In this document: in pieces, positions 18,609 through 28,238 of the stretch
Layout: each line of letters opens with the position of its first letter
Numbering within the stretch: position 1 is the stretch's first letter
Source: an uncultured Collinsella sp.
GTDB taxonomy: Bacteria; Actinomycetota; Coriobacteriia; Coriobacteriales; Coriobacteriaceae
Direction: 5' to 3'
Length of the DNA stretch: 64,000 nucleotides
Assembly (NCBI GenBank): GCA_905194675.1
Contig: CAJJTG010000001.1
Location: forward strand, 75,632-139,631
Program-made: the position numbers and the translations under genes
The notes under the pieces: model-generated
Told to the model about the DNA's origin: nothing
Database searches by the model: none
The model's input: the letters and a program-made list of their open reading frames with translations, nothing else

Positions 18609-18631
18609 CGGGCGACGGGAATCGAACCCGC
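18609..18631 (-). other. Inverted partial copy (23 nt) of the tRNA-Gly T-arm/acceptor 3' region
   Basis: cgggcgacgggaatcgaacccgc is the exact reverse complement of tRNA-Gly positions 18522-18544, ~60 nt downstream of the tRNA. Confidence 0.6.
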
Positions 18632-18644
18632 TCCGCGCCCACCT

Positions 18645-18669
18645 AAGTTGCGGTGAAATACGGACTGTC
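18645..18669. repeat. Half-copy of the small hairpin repeat family (AAGTTGCGGTGAAATACGGACTGT)
   Basis: Matches the left arms of the copies at 56772, 58311 and 19008. Confidence 0.6.
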
Positions 18670-18798
18670 TTTTGGCTTTTGCGAGCCCATTAAAGGCCGG
18701 GGTAGCTAATTTGGAGCGGGCTTTTTGACTGCTCTAGCGATCGGCTGGCAAATGTGGCCAAAAAAGCCCTGTCACAAAATGACCGGTCTGGTGCTGAG

Positions 18799-18956
18799 CC
18801 ACGAAAGCGGCCCATCTACTACGTTTGGCCCGCAGGGGTCGACCATAGCAGCAGTTTCGGAAAATCGGCAAGCCGTCTACCAGCTGTTTTGATATTTGGG
18901 ATTTCTGTATGGTCGAGGGTAATCGGTTAAACGTAGTAGATAGGCCCATTTTGTGG
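18799..18956. repeat. Large palindromic intergenic element, copy 1 (~158 bp; 28-nt terminal inverted arms CCACGAAAGCGGCCCATCTACTACGTTT / AAACGTAGTAGATAGGCCCATTTTGTGG plus inner GGTCGACCAT/ATGGTCGA palindromes)
   Basis: Same arm sequences and inner palindromes as the element at 56902-57059. Confidence 0.65.
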
Positions 18957-19007
18957 CGAACAGTAGGATTCGCGGTCCAAGGCTGCCAGTTTCGGATGGC
19001 CAACCTG

Positions 19008-19076
19008 GAAGTTGCGGTGAATTAATTTCTGAAAAGCGCGAATAAGCCTAATCTAGGAACTATTTCACCGCAACTT
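19008..19076. repeat. Small hairpin repeat, variant copy (arms GAAGTTGCGGTGAA / TTCACCGCAACTT)
   Basis: 13-nt inverted arms identical to the outer arms of the hairpins at 56772 and 58311. The internal sequence differs. Confidence 0.55.
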
Positions 19077-19090
19077 AGGAGGGGATGGGG

Positions 19091-19546
19091 CTAGCTGCGG
19101 GGGCGGTGGCGGAGCTTGTCGATGGTGGAGTCGATGCTGCGGCTGCGAGCTTCGGCTGCGGTTTGGCGCTTGCGGCGGTAATCGATCATGCCTTGGATGA
19201 TGGGCTTGCCAAAGCTCACGACATCATCGTTGTAGATGGCGGTTCGGGCTGCGAGGAGGCAGTCGGTAAAGTCCATATGGGTCTTGCCAAAGAGTTTGAT
19301 GGCAAGGGCGACAACGGTGGGCTCGTCGACCATGACGTCATCGAGCAGCCTTTTCATGGCCGCAGCAATCTCAACGCGGGGAACCTTATAGACGTCGCGC
19401 AGCGTGACCACGACGCGCGTGATGATTTCGGGGTAGACACGAGCGGTGCGGGTGGCGATGACCTTGGCGGCGCGCGGTGACAGAACTTCGTCGTCGTCAA
19501 GCAGGTAGCGTAGGATGACGGTCTCGTCGATGATGGTGCTACTCAT
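19091..19546 (-). CDS. PIN-domain toxin (VapC-like) of a type II toxin-antitoxin pair
   Basis: 151 aa. N-terminal IIDETVIL. C-terminal FTDCLLAARTAIYNDDVVSFGKP matches the PIN D..(L)IAA.A....lvT.D pattern. Overlaps the upstream antitoxin gene by 8 nt. Confidence 0.55.
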   Translation of the reverse strand: MSSTIIDETVILRYLLDDDEVLSPRAAKVIATRTARVYPEIITRVVVTLRDVYKVPRVEIAAAMKRLLDDVMVDEPTVVALAIKLFGKTHMDFTDCLLAARTAIYNDDVVSFGKPIIQGMIDYRRKRQTAAEARSRSIDSTIDKLRHRPRS

Positions 19547-19862
19547 GGATATCTACTTCCTCGGGACCCAAAATCGAATCGTCGCTTTCTGTAGCAAGGT
19601 ATTCAATCCAGACATTGCGCTCCTTGGAGCGGCGATTGGGGTCCCCATTTGCTTTGAGCGATCCATAGGCGGCGGTGCCGTCCTTTGAGCGCACGGCGAC
19701 CGGCTGAAAGGGGAGCTTGCGCATCAAAATGCTCTGCGCGACAAATAGACGTACGGCCTCGGCGAGCGATGTGCCCATGGCGTCGTAGAGACGTTCGGCA
19801 TGCTGCTTGTCTTCCTCGCGAATGCGCACCTGCAGGATGGCTCGTTTTTGAGTCGATGACAT
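19539..19862 (-). CDS. RelB/DinJ-type (RHH) antitoxin
   Basis: Probable start at the internal Met (MSSTQKRAILQVRIREEDKQHAERLYDAMGTSLAEAVRLFVAQSIL...) with RBS aaggggg 4 nt upstream. Resembles DinJ family IRIDEDLK...AVRMFL. Confidence 0.5.
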   Translation of the reverse strand: MSSTQKRAILQVRIREEDKQHAERLYDAMGTSLAEAVRLFVAQSILMRKLPFQPVAVRSKDGTAAYGSLKANGDPNRRSKERNVWIEYLATESDDSILGPEEVDIHE

Positions 19863-20086
19863 CACTGGCCCCCTTAATGAGCGTGCAATATAGTCGGTCA
19901 AATGCGGCATGTGCCGATACTTGAGCATCTTATAACGATTACTTTATTTCACTCAAGTTGATAACCATTAACACGAATACAAGCGTAGTACATCCAAAAC
20001 GAGAGCGCGTAAAAATCTCTGCAGCGTACGCGTGTAATACACTCGCCTTTATATCCTATTGAGAATAATCCTAACCAGCCCAAACT

Positions 20087-20110
20087 CCTGCAATACACCC
20101 GTATTGCAGG
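20087..20110. promoter_or_regulatory. 10-4-10 perfect palindrome CCTGCAATAC-ACCC-GTATTGCAGG in the AT-rich region upstream of the fdhF-hyf operon
   Basis: Read directly from the sequence. A partial third half-site CTGCAACTGCG follows at ~20128. Confidence 0.3.
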
Positions 20111-20288
20111 GGTTACGCTCAAGTTTACCCCCTGCAACTGCGTATATTCAATCTGTATACCGTTGGAGAAATTCTACCGAGTGCCTGTTTCGCCGCATGC
20201 ATTCGATACGCCGATGCCAGGCCACGGGCGGCTTGGGACAACGTCGACAGGGTCTCTCCGGCATGGGATTCAGGAGGGAGTGAACAAC

Positions 20289-20807
20289 ATGGGCAATAAA
20301 CGAGTCGTAGCCGATTCCTCGCGCTGCATTGGGTGTCAAACCTGCATGGCAGCGTGCATCGAGGCACACGACATCCCCGGCAACATCGCCGCACCGCGCC
20401 TGCGCGTGACGCGTACGTACGAGATCTCCGCACCGGTGGCTTGCCATCACTGCGAGGATGCCCCGTGCGCCAAGGCCTGCCCCACGGGCGCCTTGTTCTT
20501 TGATCCAAAGAACCATCGCATCGGCGTCAACGAGGACAACTGCATCGGCTGCAAGAGCTGCGTCATGGCCTGCCCCTTTGGCGCCGTGAGCGTGGCGACC
20601 ACGCAGGTCCCCGTCTTGATGGGCGACGTGCGCGTGGGTTCGCAGACTAAGAGCTTCGTGCTCAAGTGCGACCTGTGCGTGGACCGTCCCGGCGGTCCGG
20701 CGTGTGCCGAGGCGTGCCCGACTAAGGGCCTCACCCTGGTAGACGAGGAGCGCCTGGCGGAACTGACCGCCGAGCGTGCCCGCGCCACCATCGAAAACGA
20801 GGCGTAG
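20289..20807 (+). CDS. hycB: 4Fe-4S dicluster ferredoxin-type electron-transfer subunit (HycB/FdhB-like)
   Basis: Four CxxCxxCxxxCP motifs. RBS ggaggga. Immediately upstream of fdhF. Confidence 0.7.
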   Translation: MGNKRVVADSSRCIGCQTCMAACIEAHDIPGNIAAPRLRVTRTYEISAPVACHHCEDAPCAKACPTGALFFDPKNHRIGVNEDNCIGCKSCVMACPFGAVSVATTQVPVLMGDVRVGSQTKSFVLKCDLCVDRPGGPACAEACPTKGLTLVDEERLAELTAERARATIENEA

Positions 20808-20883
20808 GCGGGCGGCCATACAGGCCCGACGATTGTCAAATACGTACCGATTAATCGGTAGCAGAGAAAGGAAGGAGGGTGTC

Positions 20884-23106
20884 ATGGAGAAGCATAAAGT
20901 GATCTGCCCGTACTGCGGCGCCGGTTGCCAGTTTAACCTCCTGGTCCAAAACGGCCAGGTCGTGGGTACCGAACCGCTCAACGGCATCACCAATCAGGGC
21001 GAGCTGTGCCTTAAGGGCATGAGCGGCTACGACTTCATCAACGACACCAAGATCTTGACTCCTCGCGTACTGCACCCGATGATCCGCCGCACCAAGGGCG
21101 CGGATCTTGAGCGCGTAAGCTGGGACGAGGCACTGGATTTCACCGCATCTAAGATGCAGGCCATAATTGACGAATATGGTCCTAACGCTGTCATGACCAC
21201 CGGCTCTTCGCGAGGCGGCGGCAATGAGGCGAACTACGTCATGCAGAAGTTTACGCGTGCGTGCATCGGCACCCACAGCGTGGACAACTGCGCCCGTACT
21301 TGACACGGCCCTACTGTCCTCGGTCTGATGGACACGGTTGGTTCAGGTTGCATGTCATGCTCCATCCCCGGTATGGAGGATGCGGGCTGCATTTTCCTCT
21401 TCGGCTATAACCCTGCCGATTCGCACCCCATCGTCGCAAGGCGTATCGTGCGAGCCAAAGAAAAGGGTTGCAAGATCATCGTCGCCGACCCGCGCCATAT
21501 CGAAACCGCGCGTATCGCCGATCTCTACCTTCCGATCAAGAACGGTTGCAATGTTGCGTTTCTCAACGCCTTTGCCAACTGTCTGGTCAACGATGGCCTC
21601 TACGACAAGGAATTCGTCGCCGAGCATACGAACGGCTTTGACGAGTGGTGGGAGACCATCAAGAACTACACTCCCGAATCCGTACAGGACATCACGGGTG
21701 TCGAGCCCGCGTTGATCCACCAAGCTGCCGAGATGTACGCCACGGCGAAGCCCTCTGCCATCATTGGCTGGGGTATGGGCGTATGCCAGCAGAAGCAGAA
21801 CCTGAAGACGGTGCACACCATCGCCTCCATCGCCTGCGTTGCCGGCCAGATCGGCAAACCCAATTCCGGCCTCGCGCCCGTGCGTGGCCAGAATAACGTC
21901 CAGGGCTCCTGCGATATGGGCATGCTGCCCAACCTGTACCCTGGCTACCAGAAAGTCACTGACCCCGCTGTGCGTGCCAAGTTTGCCAAGGCTTGGGGCG
22001 TGCCCGAGGAAAAGCTCCCGCTCGAGGAGGGCTATAAGCTCACCGACCTGGGCCACCTGGTCGACGAGGGCAAGGTGCACTGCTTCTACAACTACGGCGA
22101 GGACCCGGTACAGACCGAGCCCGATTCGGCCGGTATGCGCAAGACGCTCTCCGAGCTGGATCTGTTCATTTGCCAGGACATCTTTATGACGCAGACGACC
22201 ATGCTCGCCGACGTCATCCTGCCTGCCACCTCTTGGGGCGAGCACGAGGGTGTCTTTACCGCATCCGACCGTAGCTTCCAGCACTTTGACGCGGCCGTTC
22301 CGCCCAAGGGCGAGTGCCGTCACGACTGGGAGATCTTCGCGGACCTGTCCACGCGCATGGGCTACCCCATGCACTACGACAACACCGAGCAGATCTGGAA
22401 CGAGTGCATTAGCCTGTGCCCCAACTTTGTGGGCGCGACCTACGAGAAGATGGCCCCCGAGGGCGGTTACGCCCAGTGGCCGGTCAAGAGCACCGATGTG
22501 AACGACCACGGCACGGCCGACATGTTCGCTGGTGGCAAGTTCACCACCAAGGACGGCCGCGCCAACCTGATGGCGCACGACTGGGAGGCGCCCTCCGAGC
22601 TTCCCGACGATGAGTACCCACTCATCCTGTGCACCGTCCGCGAGGTCGGCCACTACAGCTGCCGCTCGATGACCGGCAACTGCAAGACGCTGGCGCTGCT
22701 TGCCGACGAGCCCGGCTTTGTCCGCATGAATCCCGCGGACGCCCAGGCGCGCGGCATCAAGAACGGCGACATCGTCTCGATTCACAGCCGCCGCGGCCAG
22801 GTATACAGCCGCGCCGACGTGAGCGACCGTATCAACAAGGGCACGGTCTATATGACCTACCAGTGGTGGATCGGCAAGTGCAACGAGCTGACCATGCACA
22901 AGGTCGACCCGGTCTCGCATACGCCCGAGGACAAGTTCTCCGCCTGCCAGGTCGACGCCATTGCCGACCAGGTCTGGGCCGAGGGCGAAGTCGAGCGTCA
23001 GTACACCGAGCTCAAGCAGGCTCTGGTGGACGCCGCCGCTCCCCAGGACGTTGAGCCCGGCGCCGCCAAGTTCGACGATGAGACGCACGTGAACCAAATC
23101 GTGTAG
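20884..23106 (+). CDS. fdhF: Formate dehydrogenase H, selenocysteine-containing (FHL-linked)
   Basis: N-terminal CPYCGAGCQ Fe-S motif. An in-frame TGA at 21301-21303 sits in ...VDNCART-U-HGPTVLG..., matching E. coli FdhF Sec140 (CARVUHGPSVAG). The downstream ORF (21328..) is in the same frame. A hairpin-forming sequence follows the TGA. 741 aa in total. Confidence 0.9.
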
Positions 23107-23184
23107 TCCCGTTCTCGTTGGCTTTTTGGGCCGGGCGTCCCGCACGTTCGGGAGCCCGGCCCGTTATTTTGAAAGGAAGTGGGG

Positions 23185-23802
23185 ATGAACCGCTTCATCG
23201 ACATCAACCCGGAGAGGTGCATCGGCTGCGGAACATGCCAGTCCGCCTGTGCCGACGCCCACCGGATGCAGGGTCTTCAGGATACGCCGCGCTTGGCGCT
23301 CGTGAAGACCGGCGGTATTTCGGCCGCCCTTGCCTGCCACCATTGCGAGGGTGCCCCCTGCGCCGAGGTTTGCCCGGTGAATGCCATCGAGCACGATGGC
23401 GATCGCATCCACGTCAAGGAGCAGGAGTGCATCGGGTGCAGGCTGTGCGCCATTGCGTGCCCCTTCGGAGCCATCCATCCCGATGGCACGTCTATCGCCG
23501 GTGTCGCAGGCATGTGCGATCCGACGCCTTCGTATCCTAAGTCCCTGAGCAGCCTGCTTACGTGGGCTCCTGGCCAGTACACTTGCGCTGTCAAGTGCGA
23601 CCTGTGCGCCTTCGATCCGGACGGCCCGCATTGTGTGGCGGCGTGCCCCACCAAGGCGCTGACCGTCATGGGCGGCGCGGCCGATCGCGAGCTCGACGAG
23701 GCAAAGCGCCTGCGCTCGATCGAAAATGGTCCGGCCGTCGACGTTACCGCTGTGGCTCAGGGCCTGTCCGAGAAAGCAGAAGGGAGCGTAAACAATGGAT
23801 AG
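23185..23802 (+). CDS. hyfA: Hydrogenase-4 component A, 4Fe-4S ferredoxin
   Basis: Multiple CxxCxxCxxxCP motifs. RBS aaggaag. First gene of the hyf-like cluster. Confidence 0.7.
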   Translation: MNRFIDINPERCIGCGTCQSACADAHRMQGLQDTPRLALVKTGGISAALACHHCEGAPCAEVCPVNAIEHDGDRIHVKEQECIGCRLCAIACPFGAIHPDGTSIAGVAGMCDPTPSYPKSLSSLLTWAPGQYTCAVKCDLCAFDPDGPHCVAACPTKALTVMGGAADRELDEAKRLRSIENGPAVDVTAVAQGLSEKAEGSVNNG

Positions 23803-25813
23803 CATGACGCTGTTTATCGCATCGCTTGTCGTCTCGTGCATCGGTGCGCTCGCCTCGGTTCTGCTGATCAAGGCCGATAACGCCGCCAAGACCGCCGGCT
23901 GCCTTATCGGCGCCGTCGCCGCGGTGCTTTCGTTTGTGGCCGGTATCCAGGCCGTGCTGGGCGATGTCACGTCGGTCGACACCATCGTGTTCTTCCCGTT
24001 TGCCCATTTCCAGCTGCTGCTCAATCAGCTGTCCGGCCTGTTCGTGGCGCTCATCTCGGTGCTCGCGTTTGCCGGTTCGATCTACGGTCTCAACTACTTT
24101 GATGAGTACCCGGGCAAAAAGGGCCGTGCCGGCTTCTTCTTTAACACCTTCGTGGCGTCCATGATGCTCGTCATCACCGCCGACAACGTGTTTTGGTTCC
24201 TGGTCGCCTTTGAGCTCATGTCGCTTACCTCGTACTTCCTGGTCGTGATCGAGGAGAACGAGAATTCCATCCATGGCGGTTGGCTCTACTTTGTGATCGC
24301 GCACGTGGGCTTTGTGCTCATCATGGCGAGCTTCCTCACCATGACCAACTTTGCCGGCGGCTCGTTTGCCTTTGCGGATTTCCGCGCCACGCAGTTTAGC
24401 CCCGCGGTGGCATCCGTGTGCTTCGTGCTCGCCTTCTTTGGCTTTGGCGCCAAGGCCGGTATCATCCCGCTGCACGGCTGGCTGCCCAAGGCACATCCCG
24501 AGGCGCCGTCCAACGTGTCGGCCCTAATGTCCGGCGGCATGATCAAGATCGGTATCTTCGGTATCCTCAAGGTTGGTCTCGACCTGCTCTCCGCCTCGGG
24601 CGTTCAGGTCTGGTGGGGCCTTATGGTCATGGTCTTCGGTGCGATCTCGTCGGTCCTCGGCGTGGCCTTCGCCCTGCAGGAGCATGACATCAAGCGCCTG
24701 CTGGCCTATCACTCCGTCGAGAACATCGGCATCATTCTGCTCGGCGTCGGCGCCTCCATGGCCGCCATGGCGCTCAACTCTGTCGGCATCGCCGTCCTGG
24801 CTCTGATGGCCGCCCTCTACCACACGTTTAACCACGCGATGTTTAAGGGCGAGCTGTTCTTGGGCGCCGGTGCGCTGCTGTACTCCACGGGTACGCGCAA
24901 TATGGAGAAGATGGGCGGCCTGTTCCGTCGTATGCCGGCAACGGCCATCTGCTTCCTCGTTGGCGCACTTGCCATCTCGGCCATCCCGCCCTTCAACGGC
25001 TTTGTGTCCGAGTGGTTTACCTACCAGTCGCTCTTTAACGCCGCCATGCAGGGCGACAAGGCCGTCATGATCGTGGCCGTGTTCGCTGCCGTTGCGCTTG
25101 CCATTACCGGCGCTCTGGCCGTCACGTGCTTCGTCAAGGCCTATGGCGTCTCCTTTGCCTCCGCGCCCCGCTCCGAGGCCGCGGCCAATGCCAAGGAGGT
25201 TCCCGCCCCTATGGTGTTTGCGCAGGGCCTGCTCGCGGCCATCTGCGTCGTGCTGGGCATTGGCGCTCCCGTGATCGCGCCCGTGCTGGTCGATGTCGCC
25301 GCGTCCGTGCTGCATCCGTACGGTGGCGTATTTGCCGCCGAGGGCATGGAGCTCATGAACCAGTACTCCGGCGCTGCCACCTCCACGCCCGCGATCGCCA
25401 TTGCGCTCGTGGTGCTTGTCGGCCTTGCCTGCGGCTATCGCAAGCTCAAGACCGTCGGTAAGGTGCAGAAGTCTCAGCCGTGGGCATGCGGCTATGCTCC
25501 CAACGAGCATATGCCCGTCGTGGCCACGACCTTTGCCTCCGAGGTGTCCTGGTTTATGCAGCCGCTCTACACGCTGCGCGACCGCTGCACGGCCGTCTGC
25601 TGGTCCATCGCGCACTTCTTCCAGAAGCTCACCGGTGTGGCCGAGGCTGTGGAGCCCGTACCCGACAAGGTTCTCGTCGATGCCCCGCATAAGGGTGTCG
25701 AGAAGCTCGCCGACCTCGCGACTAAGCTCGAGGGCGGCAACTACAGCATCTATATCTGCTACATCGTCGCGGCACTCGTGGTGTTCCTCGTGCTCGCCGT
25801 GCAAATGGGTTAA
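23795..25813 (+). CDS. hyfB: Hydrogenase-4 membrane subunit B (NuoL-like antiporter subunit)
   Basis: 672 aa polytopic protein with NuoL/MnhA-type motifs (WLPKAHPEAPSNVSALMSGGMIK). Confidence 0.8.
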   Translation: MDSMTLFIASLVVSCIGALASVLLIKADNAAKTAGCLIGAVAAVLSFVAGIQAVLGDVTSVDTIVFFPFAHFQLLLNQLSGLFVALISVLAFAGSIYGLNYFDEYPGKKGRAGFFFNTFVASMMLVITADNVFWFLVAFELMSLTSYFLVVIEENENSIHGGWLYFVIAHVGFVLIMASFLTMTNFAGGSFAFADFRATQFSPAVASVCFVLAFFGFGAKAGIIPLHGWLPKAHPEAPSNVSALMSGGMIKIGIFGILKVGLDLLSASGVQVWWGLMVMVFGAISSVLGVAFALQEHDIKRLLAYHSVENIGIILLGVGASMAAMALNSVGIAVLALMAALYHTFNHAMFKGELFLGAGALLYSTGTRNMEKMGGLFRRMPATAICFLVGALAISAIPPFNGFVSEWFTYQSLFNAAMQGDKAVMIVAVFAAVALAITGALAVTCFVKAYGVSFASAPRSEAAANAKEVPAPMVFAQGLLAAICVVLGIGAPVIAPVLVDVAASVLHPYGGVFAAEGMELMNQYSGAATSTPAIAIALVVLVGLACGYRKLKTVGKVQKSQPWACGYAPNEHMPVVATTFASEVSWFMQPLYTLRDRCTAVCWSIAHFFQKLTGVAEAVEPVPDKVLVDAPHKGVEKLADLATKLEGGNYSIYICYIVAALVVFLVLAVQMG

Positions 25814-25825
25814 GGAGGGGAGAGC

Positions 25826-26752
25826 ATGAACAACATCGTACTTGCCGTTCTGCAGGGCGTGGTCGTCATGGCCGTCGCGCCGTTCTTCTCCGGTCTCGGC
25901 CGCGTGATTCGCGCCAAGATGCACAACCGTCGCGGCCCCAGCATCATGCAGGACTACCGCGACCTGGCCAAGCTCTTTGCGCGCCCCGAGTCCCAGAGCG
26001 AGGACGCGAGCTTTGCGCTGCGCATTATGCCGCCGCTGTTCTTTGCCGTCGCCTTTATGCTCGCGATGGGCTTGCCGCTCTTTACGGCACAAAGCCCCAT
26101 CCCGGTCTTTGGTGACGCCATCACCATCATGTACAGCCTGGCGCTCGCCCGCTTCTTCTTCGCCCTCTGCGGTGTGGATTCGTCCAACGCCTACGCCGGT
26201 ATCGGCGGCGTTCGCGAGCTGCTCATGAGCGTGCTTATCGAGCCGTCCATGCTGCTGGCACTGTTTGCCGCCGCCCTGGTGTGCGGCTCCACCGATATCG
26301 CCACCATGGGTCAGCACATCATGACGGGCGCCATCGACGCGCCGGTCGCCGTGATCCTCGCCGGCATCGCCTTTGCGATCGCCTGCTATATGGAGCTCGG
26401 CAAGCTGCCGTTTGATCAGGCCGAGGCCGAGCAGGAGCTCCAGGAAGGTCCGCTCGCCGAGCTTTCCGGACCGTCGCTTGCGATGGCCAAGCTCGCCATG
26501 TCCATGAAGCAGGTCCTGGTCGTCGCCTGGTTCTGCGCGATCTTCGTCCCCTGGGGCGAGCCCGCGACCGTGGGCATCGCGGCCGTTCTGGGCGCGGTCA
26601 TCTTCCTGGTGAAGTGCCTTATCGACTTTGTCGTGTGCGGCGTGATCGAGAACTCCTGCTCGCGCTCGCGTTTTAAGGTGCTCGGCAATCAGACCTGGGC
26701 CGTCGTGGGCATCGCCGTTCTGGCGTTTGTCTTCGTGGTCGTCGGCGTGTAG
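25826..26752 (+). CDS. hyfC: Hydrogenase-4 membrane subunit C (NuoH/HycD-like)
   Basis: 308 aa. NuoH-like (MHNRRGPSIMQDYRDL). Confidence 0.8.
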   Translation: MNNIVLAVLQGVVVMAVAPFFSGLGRVIRAKMHNRRGPSIMQDYRDLAKLFARPESQSEDASFALRIMPPLFFAVAFMLAMGLPLFTAQSPIPVFGDAITIMYSLALARFFFALCGVDSSNAYAGIGGVRELLMSVLIEPSMLLALFAAALVCGSTDIATMGQHIMTGAIDAPVAVILAGIAFAIACYMELGKLPFDQAEAEQELQEGPLAELSGPSLAMAKLAMSMKQVLVVAWFCAIFVPWGEPATVGIAAVLGAVIFLVKCLIDFVVCGVIENSCSRSRFKVLGNQTWAVVGIAVLAFVFVVVGV

Positions 26753-26767
26753 GAGAAGGGAGAAACA

Positions 26768-28225
26768 ATGTCATTTGCAGTCAGTCTGTCCCTTCTCGGC
26801 TTGGTCGCTATCGCGGCCCCGATGGTGGCCTCGGTGCTCGTCGCCCTGTTCCCCCGTCCGTACGCCAAGTGGTTCAGCGTTTTGGGTGCCGCCGTCTCGA
26901 CGGTCTGCACCATCGCCCTCGCCGCGAATTTCGCCGGCGCCGGCATGCCCGACACGCAGGTCCCCCTGATCTCGTTTGGGCAGACCCTCGTCATGGGATT
27001 CACCTTCGATCGCATGAGCACGCTGCTCGCGCCCGCCTTTGTGGGTATCGGCCTGCTTGTCGTGATCTATTCGATTCCCTATATGAGCGAGAATAATCGT
27101 GAGCATCCCGATGCGCCTCGTCGTCGCTTCTACGCGTACCTCGCGACCTTCATCGGCGCCATGGCCGGCCTCGTGTACAGCTCGACCCTTTTGGGTCAGC
27201 TCGTATTCTTTGAGATCACGGGTGCGTGCTCTTGGGGCCTCATTAGCTACTACATGTCGCCTACGGCCAAGAAGGCCGGCATGAAGGCCCTGATCATCAC
27301 GCATATCGGTGCGCTCGGCCTGTATCTGGGCGCCGCCATCGTGTTTGCCCACACCGGCACCTTCGCCATTACCGCGATTGCCGGCCTCGACGCCAAGCTC
27401 AAGGCTATCGTCCTTTTGCTCGTGCTGTTTGCGGCCTGGGCCAAGTCCGCACAGGTTCCCATGTACATGTGGCTGCCTTCGGCCATGGAGGCGCCGACGC
27501 CTGTTTCGGCCTACCTGCATGGCGCCTCGATGGTCAAGGTCGGCGTGTGCGTGTTCGCGCGTGCGCTCGTCTCTGCCGGCGAGGTTCCCGAGATCGTGGG
27601 CTGGGTCGCCATTATCGACGCCATGGTCACGATGCTCTTTGGTTTCCTTATGTACCTGCCGCAAAAGGACATGAAGCGTCTGCTGGCTTTCTCCACGATC
27701 GCCCAGCTCTCCTATGTGTTCTTTGGTCTGGGCCTTTCGGTCTTTGGCAGCCAGCTGGCCTTTGATGGCGCCGTGTGCCACATCTTTAACCACGCCTTCG
27801 CCAAGACCCTGTTCTTCCTGATCGCTGGTTCGTTCTCCTTTACGCTCGGCACGCGTATGCTGCCCAAGCTTCGCGGCATCGTAAAGAAGTACCCGATCTC
27901 GGGCGTGGGCTTTGGTGTCGCGGCACTCGCCATTGCCGGCGTGCCGCCCATGAACACGTTCTTCTCGAAGTTCCAGATCATCGCCGGCGGCTTCTCTGTG
28001 GGTGCCGGCAACGTCGCGATCCTGGTGCTCGTGTGCATCATGGTCGCCGAAACCGTCGCCACCTTTGCCTGGTTCCTTAAGTGGATGGGCTATTGCCTGC
28101 CCGGCGAGCCGAGCGAAGAGGTCGCTGCGGGAGCCCCGCTTCCCCGCGCGATGGCGTTCGTGTTCATCGTGCTCATCATCATGGTTATTGTCAGCGGCCC
28201 GCTTTCGGCCAGCTGGATCGGTTAG
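26768..28225 (+). CDS. hyfD: Hydrogenase-4 membrane subunit D (NuoM-like)
   Basis: 485 aa polytopic. WLPSAMEAPTPVSAYLHGASMVK motif. Confidence 0.75.
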   Translation: MSFAVSLSLLGLVAIAAPMVASVLVALFPRPYAKWFSVLGAAVSTVCTIALAANFAGAGMPDTQVPLISFGQTLVMGFTFDRMSTLLAPAFVGIGLLVVIYSIPYMSENNREHPDAPRRRFYAYLATFIGAMAGLVYSSTLLGQLVFFEITGACSWGLISYYMSPTAKKAGMKALIITHIGALGLYLGAAIVFAHTGTFAITAIAGLDAKLKAIVLLLVLFAAWAKSAQVPMYMWLPSAMEAPTPVSAYLHGASMVKVGVCVFARALVSAGEVPEIVGWVAIIDAMVTMLFGFLMYLPQKDMKRLLAFSTIAQLSYVFFGLGLSVFGSQLAFDGAVCHIFNHAFAKTLFFLIAGSFSFTLGTRMLPKLRGIVKKYPISGVGFGVAALAIAGVPPMNTFFSKFQIIAGGFSVGAGNVAILVLVCIMVAETVATFAWFLKWMGYCLPGEPSEEVAAGAPLPRAMAFVFIVLIIMVIVSGPLSASWIG

Positions 28226-28238
28226 GAGGTAGAACGAC

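Noticed and set aside
20059-20283. 74-aa ORF and a possible sigma-54 or FNR promoter upstream of hycB/fdhF
   Set aside because: The ORF lies in the AT-rich promoter region and is probably spurious. The TGGCAC-N5-TTGC and TTGAT-N4-ATCAA matches are too weak to call from sequence alone.
20776-21303. Separate 175-aa ORF ending at TGA 21301, paired with a separate 592-aa ORF from 21328
   Set aside because: Both are halves of fdhF in one frame, joined by a selenocysteine UGA in the conserved CAR(V/T)UHGP motif.
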